35,320 nucleotides of DNA from IMG/VR virus record IMGVR_UViG_2606217174_000009; one strand, written 5' to 3'. Below the pieces are notes generated by a model that saw only the letters and a program-made list of their open reading frames with translations, was not told the DNA's origin and ran no database searches. Positions 9,320-18,241 of the stretch are shown piece after piece. This DNA comes from a virus. Lineage: Duplodnaviria > Heunggongvirae > Uroviricota > Caudoviricetes. The position numbers and the translations under genes are program-made. Position 1 is the stretch's first letter; every line of letters begins with the position of its first letter.

Positions 9320-12300
9320 ATGAGTGATGATAGCTATAAATTTCAAAAGTTAACGCCGTTCAGCGATGTTGAGCTGGGTGTATATAAAAATGCGATAGAT
9401 TTTGTTTTTGCCAATAACGATCTAAAAAATGTTGCGATATCAGGGCAATATAGCGCAGGAAAAAGTAGTCTTATCGAATCCTATAAGAAAAGTCATTCAA
9501 ATATAAAGTTTGTTCATATCTCACTTGCTCATTTCAGATCGATTGAGGAAGCTGAAACTAATGAACCAAGTAAAGATATAAATGAAACCGCGTTAGAAGG
9601 TAAAGTTCTTAACCAGTTAATTCACCAAATTAATGCTGATGATATTCCCCAGACACATTTTAAAGTAAAGAAAAAAATAAAAACTAACAACATTGTGATA
9701 AACACCATCTTTACGGTGTTATTTATCGCTATGATACTACATATCACGCTATTTAATAAGTGGGAAAAGTTTGTTTCACTTTTATCTGAAGGTAATATAA
9801 AGACACTACTTACATTATCAACTAAATACGATACGCTTTTAATTAGTGGGTTTATATGTACTATCCTATCTTGTATTTTCATTTACAAGTTAATAAAAAC
9901 TCAAAAGAATCGTAATGTTCTTAAGAAAATAAATTTACAGGGTAATGAAATAGAGATTTTTGAAGAAAGTAACGAGTCTTATTTCGATAGATATTTAAAT
10001 GAAGTATTGTACCTTTTCGAGAACGTTGATGCTGATGCCATTGTTTTTGAAGACATGGACCGTTTTAATAGTAATAACATCTTTGAACGTCTTCATGAGG
10101 TTAACAGACTGGTTAATATTCAACGGGACACAGCAGGGCACAAGAAATCGACGTTACGTTTTATTTACTTGCTTCGTGATGATATCTTCATTTCGAAGGA
10201 TAGAACCAAATTCTTTGATTATATCATTCCAGTTATTCCTGTTGTTGATAGTTCTAACTCTTACGATCAGTTTATCACACATTTTGATGGTGGTGGTATT
10301 CTCAAGTTGTTCAATGAAAGATTTCTACAAGGGATGTCTTTATATATTGATGATATGAGAATATTGAAGAATATTTATAACGAATTTCAAATTTATTATA
10401 ACAAATTAAACACGACAGAACTTGACTGTAATAAAATGTTGGCCATTATTGCCTATAAGAATATTTTCCCAAGAGATTTTAGTGAGTTGCAACTTAATCA
10501 AGGTATGGTTTATACCATATTTAGTGAAAAAGACAACCTTATTATTGAAGAAATAAAGAAAATAGAAAAAGATATTAGAGATAGAAAAAAAGAGATTGAG
10601 GCAATCAATGATGAAATACTCAACTCTAGTCAGGAGGTTGATGCTATATACGATAAGGAATTATCTAGATATAATAATCATCCTCACTATAATCAGGCTG
10701 AGAAAGCTGATATAGCAAAGAGAAGGGCGGCTAGAAAAGAAAGTGTTGAAAATAAATTTAATGGTAAAATAGAAGAAATTAATGAGCTTATATCAAGATC
10801 AAGAGAAAGTTTGGTTGATTCTAGAAACAAAAGACTTAAAGAAGTAATAACTAGAGAAAACATTGATGAAATATTTAAACTCACCTATACCAATGAAATT
10901 GGAGAGGAAAGAGACTTTAATGAAATAAAAAGCAGTGAGTATTTTGACTTGCTTAAATACCTTATTCGTGATGGTTATATTGATGAAACCTATACCGACT
11001 ATATGACCTATTTTTATGAAAATAGCCTGAGTCGAATTGATAAGATGTTTTTACGCAGCATTACCGATCAAAAAGGCAAAGAGTTCACTTATCAACTCAA
11101 GAACCCCAAACTGGTCGTTGCCCGCCTTCGAGAAGTGGATTTTGAACAGGAAGAGGCGCTTAATTTTGATTTATTAGCTTATCTGCTTCAAACGCCAGCC
11201 CAGGTAAACTTAATAAAACGTTTATTCAAACAACTAAGAAAAGATAGAAGAGTTGAGTTTATTCGTGGTTACTTTGAAACTGAGAGGGCTCAGCCTGTCT
11301 TCATTAATCGATTAAATACACAGTGGCCTGAGTTTTTTTCTTATGCGCTGACAGAGAGTGAATTTTCTGCTGATTGGGTTAAACTCTACTCTATAGGCAC
11401 GTTTTATTATTCTGCCAATGACGCCATCGAGGCCATTAATATTGATGATTGTCTGACTGATTACATCTCTGATTCGGCAGGTTATTTAGCAATATCAGAA
11501 CCGAAGGTTGACAAATTAATTAGTGGTTTTAAGTTGCTTAACGTCTCTTTTGTCAGTATTAAATTTGAAAACGCAAATAAAGTACTCTTTGATGCGGTTT
11601 ACCAGCATTCACTTTATGATATTAATTTTTCCAACCTGACCTTAATGCTGAGTAAGGTTTACACGCTTAATAGTGAAGATGATATTCGCCATAAGAACTA
11701 TACACTAGTGATGTCACAACCTGATTCTCCCTTGGCTAGTTATGTTAATAACCATATTAGGGACTATCTGGATATGGTTTTATCTAGTTGTGATGGTTCA
11801 ATCGTGGATGATGAATCCATTGTTTTATCCGTTCTTAATAATGAGGGAATATCTGATGAACAAAAAGGCCAGTATATAAACGCTTTGCAAACTTTCGTGA
11901 CATCTCTGAGTGAGGTTGAGAGCGAATCTTTATGGTCATCTTTGTTGGATAAAGATAGAGCAGTGTGCTCTGAGGAAAATATTGTCTCTTATTTTGAACA
12001 TGTTGATGGACTGGATGACTCACTTATCGAATTTATCAATAGAACTGATGTAGACCTGAATTTTCAAAATATTAATATTGATAACGAGCTTAAAGGTAAA
12101 TTATTTAAATCGATTGTTATCTGTAATGATTTATCAAATGATAAATATGAAAAATTAATTTGCTCACTAAATATTATTTGTAAAACATCCTTTAGCGCTA
12201 GTAATATCGCGAGTGATAAGTTCAAAATATTAGTGGATAAAAATATTATTCGTATGAATGTTGCGCCACTTAATTTCATACGAGATAACTATTCAGAGCA

Positions 12301-12691
12301 ACTTTCCTATTATATTCATAAGAATATCAGGGCATACGTTGAATTAATGACGATTGATAACTTTATTTTGGATGAGGCTATATCAATACTTTCTTGGAAA
12401 GTTGATGATGATTTGAAAGTTAAGCTACTCGAGTTTGTTAAAACTCCGTTGGCTATTTATAGTAAGAATTACTCTCAGGTCGTTAATGACTATATTTTAG
12501 AAAATAATTTTAAACCAGATGAACTTCTAATCTTGACGTCATCTTATAAAACTTGGGGAACCTCTACTCAGTCGCTCATCTTGAGTCGAGCAATACAGGA
12601 TATATCAGCATTGATAGCAAGTCCTAATGATGTTTCTGAACCGTTACTAAAAAAACCTGTTTGTCGCAGAGGGACTGAATATGCAGAATAA
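9320..12691 (+). CDS. KAP-family P-loop NTPase (1123 aa) with transmembrane insert
   Basis: Walker A GQYSAGKS (aa 42-49); two hydrophobic helices (about aa 124-146 and 172-192); Walker B-like IVFEDMDR (aa 241-248); long C-terminal region with a charged coiled-coil-like segment; strongly AT-rich. Confidence 0.8.
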   Translation: MSDDSYKFQKLTPFSDVELGVYKNAIDFVFANNDLKNVAISGQYSAGKSSLIESYKKSHSNIKFVHISLAHFRSIEEAETNEPSKDINETALEGKVLNQLIHQINADDIPQTHFKVKKKIKTNNIVINTIFTVLFIAMILHITLFNKWEKFVSLLSEGNIKTLLTLSTKYDTLLISGFICTILSCIFIYKLIKTQKNRNVLKKINLQGNEIEIFEESNESYFDRYLNEVLYLFENVDADAIVFEDMDRFNSNNIFERLHEVNRLVNIQRDTAGHKKSTLRFIYLLRDDIFISKDRTKFFDYIIPVIPVVDSSNSYDQFITHFDGGGILKLFNERFLQGMSLYIDDMRILKNIYNEFQIYYNKLNTTELDCNKMLAIIAYKNIFPRDFSELQLNQGMVYTIFSEKDNLIIEEIKKIEKDIRDRKKEIEAINDEILNSSQEVDAIYDKELSRYNNHPHYNQAEKADIAKRRAARKESVENKFNGKIEEINELISRSRESLVDSRNKRLKEVITRENIDEIFKLTYTNEIGEERDFNEIKSSEYFDLLKYLIRDGYIDETYTDYMTYFYENSLSRIDKMFLRSITDQKGKEFTYQLKNPKLVVARLREVDFEQEEALNFDLLAYLLQTPAQVNLIKRLFKQLRKDRRVEFIRGYFETERAQPVFINRLNTQWPEFFSYALTESEFSADWVKLYSIGTFYYSANDAIEAINIDDCLTDYISDSAGYLAISEPKVDKLISGFKLLNVSFVSIKFENANKVLFDAVYQHSLYDINFSNLTLMLSKVYTLNSEDDIRHKNYTLVMSQPDSPLASYVNNHIRDYLDMVLSSCDGSIVDDESIVLSVLNNEGISDEQKGQYINALQTFVTSLSEVESESLWSSLLDKDRAVCSEENIVSYFEHVDGLDDSLIEFINRTDVDLNFQNINIDNELKGKLFKSIVICNDLSNDKYEKLICSLNIICKTSFSASNIASDKFKILVDKNIIRMNVAPLNFIRDNYSEQLSYYIHKNIRAYVELMTIDNFILDEAISILSWKVDDDLKVKLLEFVKTPLAIYSKNYSQVVNDYILENNFKPDELLILTSSYKTWGTSTQSLILSRAIQDISALIASPNDVSEPLLKKPVCRRGTEYAE

Positions 12692-12953
12692 AATAGCACT
12701 GCTAATCGCTTTGTTGCCGGGTAAGGATTTGAGTAAGACGACTTGCAAAGAGTATCTTGATCTGCTTGGTTTATCGGAGTTCAGTAAAATTTTGGGGCGA
12801 GGCAAACCTAAAATTGAAGTTGATTCAACTAATCAAAGTTTATTAACAGCATTAAGAGATAACCACTTCTTCTCTGATTTTGAGGTGGATAATGAAAATC
12901 CCACTTATTATAAAATAACAAGGCGGCGCTCTATGTTTGGCTCAGATACATAG
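12681..12953 (+). CDS. Small partner protein (90 aa) overlapping the KAP NTPase stop
   Basis: ATG at 12681 overlaps the KAP stop by 11 nt (translational coupling); same AT-rich composition; no recognisable domain. Confidence 0.55.
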   Translation: MQNKIALLIALLPGKDLSKTTCKEYLDLLGLSEFSKILGRGKPKIEVDSTNQSLLTALRDNHFFSDFEVDNENPTYYKITRRRSMFGSDT

Positions 12954-12976
12954 CATTATGTATTTTTCTACAGTTT

Positions 12977-13003
12977 GGGCACTTTTATAGTGCCCAATTT
13001 TTA
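12977..13003 (+). terminator. Rho-independent terminator after the KAP cassette
   Basis: GGGCACT-TTTAT-AGTGCCC hairpin followed by AATTTTTA. Confidence 0.6.
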
Positions 13004-13601
13004 CGCTGAAACTTACGCAGATAATCTGACTTTTTCCCAGTTGACGAGTACACCTAGGTGTTCGTGAAGCCCTCAGTGTGTTGGGACAGATGCGAGCGTC
13101 CGCTCTTCGCTCAAAGCGGCCTAGAAGGTTAGCTTGCGTCGGACTTGGCGTATTTAAAGAAGTGCTGGTGGTGACTGGTTGTTGTGTTCCATTTCTACAG
13201 AACAAAATCACAGAAACTATACCCAATAGTTGTATTGAATCACTGACGAGACAGCCTCATATTTATCAGGACTGGTGTACGTCCAATACAGGAGGTTGTG
13301 GTGCTGGTTCTCAAATGTGCGCTGGCTATTGCTGCTGTAATGGCAATTTATTGCCTTGCTGTTGTTCTTATGGATCGCCTTTCTGACTGATTTCATATTG
13401 GCGAGGTGACGGGAGTTAAGTAGAATGGCTGCGGGTGCTTGAGGCTATCTGTCTCAGGCATGAACACCAACGGCAGATAGAGAAAAGCCCCAGTTAACAT
13501 TACGCGTCCTGCAAGACGCTTAACATTAATCTGAGGCTCAATCTATGAACGGCAAATCTAGGTTAGCCTCTTACGTGCCGAAAGGCAAGGAGAAGCAGGC
13601 T

Positions 13602-13757
13602 ATGAAGCAGCAAAAGGCGATGTTAATCGCCCTGATCGTCATCTGTTTAACCGTCATAGTGACGGCACTGGTAACGAGGAAAGACCTCTGCGAGGTACGA
13701 ATCCGAACCGGCCAGACGGAGGTCGCTGTCTTCACAGTCTACGAACCTGAGGAGTAA
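13602..13757 (+). CDS. hok: Hok/Gef-family type I toxin
   Basis: 51 aa MKQQKAMLIALIVICLTVIVTALVTRKDLCEVRIRTGQTEVAVFTVYEPEE matches the Hok/Gef family; AAGGAG SD; in-frame upstream ATG at 13545 gives a 70-aa mok-like extension. Confidence 0.85.
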   Translation: MKQQKAMLIALIVICLTVIVTALVTRKDLCEVRIRTGQTEVAVFTVYEPEE

Positions 13758-13825
13758 GAGACCAGGCGGGGGAGAAATCTCCAGCCACCTCTGATGTGTC
13801 AGGCATCCTCAACGCACCCGCACTT

Positions 13826-13846
13826 AACCCGCTTCGGCGGGTTTTT
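13826..13846 (+). terminator. Rho-independent terminator after hok
   Basis: CCCGC-TTCG-GCGGG hairpin plus T-run. Confidence 0.6.
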
Positions 13847-13922
13847 GCATTAGTCTGGTTGACAAAAACAGGAAAATGCGAAAATATAAGGTTTACGAAT
13901 TCTAAAAAAAGCGAAACTTGAA

Positions 13923-14573
13923 ATGAATGAAAATCAGTTAGCTCCTTGTTGGGAATTTCAACCTTATCTTGCTGAAAGCAATGTTCGCCAGTTGTTGGCG
14001 GAGATCGCTAACGTACTTGAGCAGTTGTACTATCATAAGCACGTATTAGACAGCAACTGGTCTGAAGGTGTAAGGGCTTATGATTGGGTCAGAAACCATC
14101 TTATTCAAAATGAAGGCGCAATTCCTGGTCTTAAGATGATTTCCAAGGGGTTGGACTATGTAGTTGCTTTAAATAAAGTTCCGCTACAATTTACCAAAGA
14201 TTGCATTAATAACCCCAAAAAGAAACATCGCCTGCGTCGAAATAAAGTAGAGCATGAGCAGCTTTCATTGTTTGGTGATGTTGAGGCTGAGCAAGATATT
14301 ACATGGCGAGTCATAGCGGAGCCATTTTTATCCGAAGAGGGAGATGGTGAATTAGAGTCCACACTGCCTCGTTGGGAGGTGGCTCTTGTTGGGTTTAATA
14401 TCTATGGTGCTCAGATTAGTATGGTTTCTCATCAATCTACAGCATCAATGCCACTTATGCCCCTTGACGGTAACACACTCCCTGGCGAAGCGGAGATTAA
14501 TAAGGTGTCTCTTCGTCGGCGTACGAAGGATAAAATTTTGGATGTGAGCAGTAATGGAACATCAGGTGAATAA
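13923..14573 (+). CDS. Hypothetical protein (216 aa) coupled to the downstream XRE/ImmA gene
   Basis: AT-rich ORF; 3' end overlaps the downstream gene by 20 nt; TTGACA at 13859-13864 with an AT-rich -10-like hexamer about 18 bp downstream; no recognisable domain. Confidence 0.6.
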   Translation: MNENQLAPCWEFQPYLAESNVRQLLAEIANVLEQLYYHKHVLDSNWSEGVRAYDWVRNHLIQNEGAIPGLKMISKGLDYVVALNKVPLQFTKDCINNPKKKHRLRRNKVEHEQLSLFGDVEAEQDITWRVIAEPFLSEEGDGELESTLPRWEVALVGFNIYGAQISMVSHQSTASMPLMPLDGNTLPGEAEINKVSLRRRTKDKILDVSSNGTSGE

Positions 14574-15657
14574 CTTCACTGAGTATCGAGGCGATAAGCT
14601 CAAACTAGCAAGAATGGCTGTTGGGCTTTCATGTGAAGAGTTGGCCGAAAAAATTGGCAAAACAAAACAATTCGTTAGCAAATTGGAGAAGGGATTTAGG
14701 CCATCAGAGCAATGCCTGGAGTTAATAGCCTCAGCTCTTATGATTAAGCCCGATTTTCTATTTACTGAGCGAAAATATGCTCTGGAAAGCGATGTTTGCC
14801 ATTTTCGGAGTAAGAAGTCCAGGACTCAAACGCTGACTAATAGTGTCTTGGCCAGGGCTGAGATTCTTAATATTATAATTTCTGCTGTTGAAGGTGAAAT
14901 CGAATTCCCTGATGTCAACATACCAGAGCACCCAGGAACTGAATTACTTACCCCGAATGATATTGAGCGAGTGGCAGAAGATTGTCGCCGTGCATGGAAT
15001 CTAGGTCTTGGCCCTATATCATCAATGGTGAAATTGGCGGAGAGTTTGGGGGTAATCGTTGCGCATGTTACGGGAGTCGATGATCGTGTTGATGCATTCA
15101 CTGTTCACAATAACAGGCCTGTTATTATCAGGAACAATGTAAAAAAAAGCATATGTAGATTTCGCTCTGATTTAGGTCATGAGTTAGGGCATTTAGTAAT
15201 GCATGAGGGCATAACTACTGGTGATAAACTTACGGAATCACAAGCTGATCACTTTTCTAGCGCCTTATTGGTTCCTAGGCTATCTTTCATTAAAGAATTT
15301 CCACGAATACGAGGTAAGCAATTCGATTGGAGTGCTCTGGTTGAATTTAAGCTTAGATGGAAAATTAGCCTTAAAATGTGTATTTATCGAGCCAGTGCAT
15401 TAGGACTATTGACCCAGGAACAGGCAAGAACTGGCTATATGCATCTTAATTCTAGAGGGTACACGAGAGTTGAACCAGGTGATGAACTTTTGCGCCACGA
15501 AGAACCAAGTATGCTGTCCGAAGCGATTGACATGCTGGATGATGCAACTTGGTTAAGAATTCTTATGAAAACTGGCTTGAGTCAAGATTTAATTCGTGAG
15601 TTGTTCTCCATCAATCGACCTATTACAAATCCAAGAAATATTTTTCAGATTGTTTGA
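14554..15657 (+). CDS. Fused HTH-XRE / ImmA-IrrE family zinc metallopeptidase
   Basis: N-terminal HTH (LSCEELAEKIGKTKQFVSKLEKG); central HEXXH motif (HELGHLVMHE) typical of ImmA/IrrE (COG2856) peptidases. Confidence 0.8.
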   Translation: MEHQVNNFTEYRGDKLKLARMAVGLSCEELAEKIGKTKQFVSKLEKGFRPSEQCLELIASALMIKPDFLFTERKYALESDVCHFRSKKSRTQTLTNSVLARAEILNIIISAVEGEIEFPDVNIPEHPGTELLTPNDIERVAEDCRRAWNLGLGPISSMVKLAESLGVIVAHVTGVDDRVDAFTVHNNRPVIIRNNVKKSICRFRSDLGHELGHLVMHEGITTGDKLTESQADHFSSALLVPRLSFIKEFPRIRGKQFDWSALVEFKLRWKISLKMCIYRASALGLLTQEQARTGYMHLNSRGYTRVEPGDELLRHEEPSMLSEAIDMLDDATWLRILMKTGLSQDLIRELFSINRPITNPRNIFQIV

Positions 15658-15660
15658 GCA

Positions 15661-15687
15661 TACCCGCTACGGCGGGTTTTGTTTTTT
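15661..15687 (+). terminator. Rho-independent terminator after the XRE/ImmA gene
   Basis: CCCGC-TACG-GCGGG hairpin followed by TTTTGTTTTTT. Confidence 0.55.
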
Positions 15688-15759
15688 CCGGGCTTTTTGG
15701 TTTACAATCCGCACGCCAGCCTGAACAACTGGCACCTGCTGCGCCAGCAGAGAAAAACG

Positions 15760-16038
15760 ATGGCGCACAATACCAAATCACACAATTCTGATAATTCAGC
15801 CGTCTTTGCCAGCAGGCACGGGCGGCGTTTGCACGCATTTAAAACTCGCTGGTATCAGCACCCTCCATGCACTGAAGAACAGGCTGAATGGCTAATTCAG
15901 AGCTACCGCAGACGTGGCTATGAGGTTCAGAAAGATCTCAGCCTCGACCGACTGCACTGGATAATCTCTGTGAGGCTCCCTTACTCCGAGCGCCCACCGC
16001 GTCCATCCCGCACATTCCAGCAACGTATCTGGAGGTAA
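15760..16038 (+). CDS. Hypothetical nin-region protein (92 aa)
   Basis: First ATG of ORF 15679..16038 that lies downstream of the terminator; stop abuts the next gene. Confidence 0.45.
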   Translation: MAHNTKSHNSDNSAVFASRHGRRLHAFKTRWYQHPPCTEEQAEWLIQSYRRRGYEVQKDLSLDRLHWIISVRLPYSERPPRPSRTFQQRIWR

Positions 16039-16039
16039 C

Positions 16040-17089
16040 GTGCGGGTATTACTTCGACCTGTTCTTGTGCCAGAACTCGGGCTGGTGATCGTTAAGCCGG
16101 GCCATGAATCCATGCCGGTATTCCAAAATACCCGGGTACTGGTGGAGCCGGAACCGAAAAGCATGCGTAATCTGCCGTCCGGGGTCGTTCCTGCCGTTCG
16201 CCAGCCGCTGGCGGAGGATAAATCATTACTGCCATTTTTCAGCGACGAACGAGTGATTCGTGCTGCTGGTGGCGCTGGCGCATTGTCTGACTGGTTACTG
16301 CGCCATGTTAAATCCTGCCAGTGGCCACACGGCGATTATCACCACAGTGAAACCGTCATTCACCGTTATGGCGCTGGCGCGATGGTGTTGTGCTGGCACT
16401 GTGACAACCAGCTGCGTGACCAGACATCCGAATCACTCGGGCAACTTGCTCATCAAAACCTGTCAGCATGGATGATTGACGTCATACGCCATGCAATGAA
16501 TGGCACGCAGGAGCGGGAATTGTCGCTGGCTGAATTATCCTGGTGGGCGGTCTGCAATCAGGTGGCGGACGCGCTTCCGGAGGCAGTATTACGTCGTTCT
16601 CTGGGGTTACGTGCGGAAAAAATCCGCTCGGTGTATCGCGAAAGCGACATCATACCGGGAGAGCAGACCGCCACCAGCATACTGAAGCAGCGCACAAAAA
16701 ATATTGCGCCGCCGTCTCACGCCCGCCAGCAACAGAACCCACCACAGGAAAAGACGGTGGTATGCATCACCGTTGATCCGGAGTCTCCGGAATCTTTCAT
16801 GAGGCGACCTAAACGTCGCCGTTGGGTAAATGAGAAATATACGCGCTGGGTGAAGACACAGCCGTGTGCGTGTTGTGGTCAGCCAGCCGACGATCCCCAT
16901 CACCTGATTGGTCACGGTCAGGGAGGGATGGGAACAAAGGCCCACGATATTTTCACGCTACCGTTGTGCCGGGAACATCACAACGAACTTCATGCGGATC
17001 CGCTGGCGTTCGAAGAAAAGCATGGTTCTCAGATTGATTTAATTTTTCGTTTTCTTGATCACGCCTTTGCAACTGGCGTGCTTGGGTAA
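16040..17089 (+). CDS. Lambdoid nin-region protein with C-terminal HNH/zinc-ribbon-like motif (DUF968-like, from memory)
   Basis: GTG start with GGAGG SD; C-terminal CACCGQPADDPHHLIGHG...CREHHNELH motif. Confidence 0.6.
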   Translation: MRVLLRPVLVPELGLVIVKPGHESMPVFQNTRVLVEPEPKSMRNLPSGVVPAVRQPLAEDKSLLPFFSDERVIRAAGGAGALSDWLLRHVKSCQWPHGDYHHSETVIHRYGAGAMVLCWHCDNQLRDQTSESLGQLAHQNLSAWMIDVIRHAMNGTQERELSLAELSWWAVCNQVADALPEAVLRRSLGLRAEKIRSVYRESDIIPGEQTATSILKQRTKNIAPPSHARQQQNPPQEKTVVCITVDPESPESFMRRPKRRRWVNEKYTRWVKTQPCACCGQPADDPHHLIGHGQGGMGTKAHDIFTLPLCREHHNELHADPLAFEEKHGSQIDLIFRFLDHAFATGVLG

Positions 17090-17101
17090 AAGAGGTGACT
17101 G

Positions 17102-17461
17102 ATGCTCATAGATTTGGTTTTACCTTACCCGCCGACGGTGAACACTTACTGGCGACGCCGTGGCAGCACATATTTTATCTCGGAGGAGGGAAAGCGTTAT
17201 CGCCGGGCTGTGGCGCTTATTGTTCGCCAGCAGCGGCTGAAATTAAGCCTGTCCGGAAGGCTGGTGATAAAGGTGATTGCAGAGCCACCGGATAAGCGTC
17301 GTCGCGACCTGGACAACATTCTGAAAGCACCGCTGGATGCGCTGACGCATGCGGGAGTGCTCATTGATGACGAGCAGTTTGATGAAATCAATATTGTACG
17401 TGGTCAGCCAGTATCTGGTGGACGGCTGGGTGTGAAGATTTACAAAATTGAGAGTGAGTGA
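17102..17461 (+). CDS. rusA: RusA Holliday junction resolvase
   Basis: 119 aa; LPYPPTVNTYWRRRG and DKRRRDLDNILKAPLDALTHAGVLIDDEQ match the RusA family; typical nin-region position. Confidence 0.9.
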   Translation: MLIDLVLPYPPTVNTYWRRRGSTYFISEEGKRYRRAVALIVRQQRLKLSLSGRLVIKVIAEPPDKRRRDLDNILKAPLDALTHAGVLIDDEQFDEINIVRGQPVSGGRLGVKIYKIESE

Positions 17462-17469
17462 GCGTAAAT

Positions 17470-18000
17470 ATGATATATCCGGAAATTACAGGCAAAAGCG
17501 GCGAACATTTACGCCTGAACACGCTGGAAGCAGTCTGGATCCAGGGGAAATTACGGATGTGGGGGCGGTGGTCGTATATCGGTGGGGGTAAATCCGGAAA
17601 TATGTTTAACCGGTTACTGGTTTCGAAAAAGCTGACGAAAACAGCAGTTAATGAGGTTTTGCGCAGAATGAAGAAATCCGGGCTGGAAAAACCGGAACTT
17701 GAGGCATTTTTTCGGGATATGACAAGAGGAAAGCAGAAGAGCTGGTTGTCACATTGTACAGACACAGAGGCGTTGATTATTGATCGCGTTATCAGTAAGG
17801 TGCTTGGGGAATATCCCGGGCTAATCAATATTCTCCGGCAAAGGTACGAAGGACGGGGAATGAGTAAGAGAAAAATGGCAGAATGTTTAAATCGTACTCA
17901 CCCGGAATGGTGTTTCAGCACATGTGAGAAACGTATTGCAGGTTGGTTAGCCGTGGCTGAACACATGCTTTATGTACCTATGCACGATTCATTTCGATAA
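17470..18000 (+). CDS. Late-gene antitermination protein Q-like
   Basis: ATG at 17470 (ORF-track start 17458 is GTG inside the rusA stop); WG-W motif (LRMWGRWSY); located between rusA and a tR'-like terminator. Confidence 0.6.
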   Translation: MIYPEITGKSGEHLRLNTLEAVWIQGKLRMWGRWSYIGGGKSGNMFNRLLVSKKLTKTAVNEVLRRMKKSGLEKPELEAFFRDMTRGKQKSWLSHCTDTEALIIDRVISKVLGEYPGLINILRQRYEGRGMSKRKMAECLNRTHPEWCFSTCEKRIAGWLAVAEHMLYVPMHDSFR

Positions 18001-18095
18001 AAAAAGCTTGCTTTTTTACGCAGAAACAGCTTGAATTCCTGTAAGCTTCGCAAAGCTGTATCGCGAGGCGAAATGCAAGTTTTTTCGCACAAGGA

Positions 18096-18118
18096 AGCCA
18101 CCGGAAGGTGGTTTTTTT
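18096..18118 (+). terminator. tR'-like rho-independent terminator downstream of Q
   Basis: GCCACC-GGAA-GGTGG hairpin plus a 7-T run about 100 bp after the Q stop. Confidence 0.6.
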
Positions 18119-18241
18119 GTGTCCGTAATATACAGCAGCGCAATAAATTCGCTGGTGGTCATTAATACCGTTCTTTCAGGTTGCTGGCTTTTTCGACAAG
18201 AGTTATTGGTGTGCCACGTTAACCGGAAAAGGGAAAAAGAC

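Noticed and set aside
13078-13386. 102-aa cysteine-rich ORF
   Set aside because: No SD, odd composition, and it overlaps in another frame a short ORF that does have a consensus SD; treated as spurious
15679-15759. Longer form of the ORF starting at 15679
   Set aside because: Its 5' end overlaps the terminator hairpin of the upstream gene; the ATG at 15760 is the more plausible start
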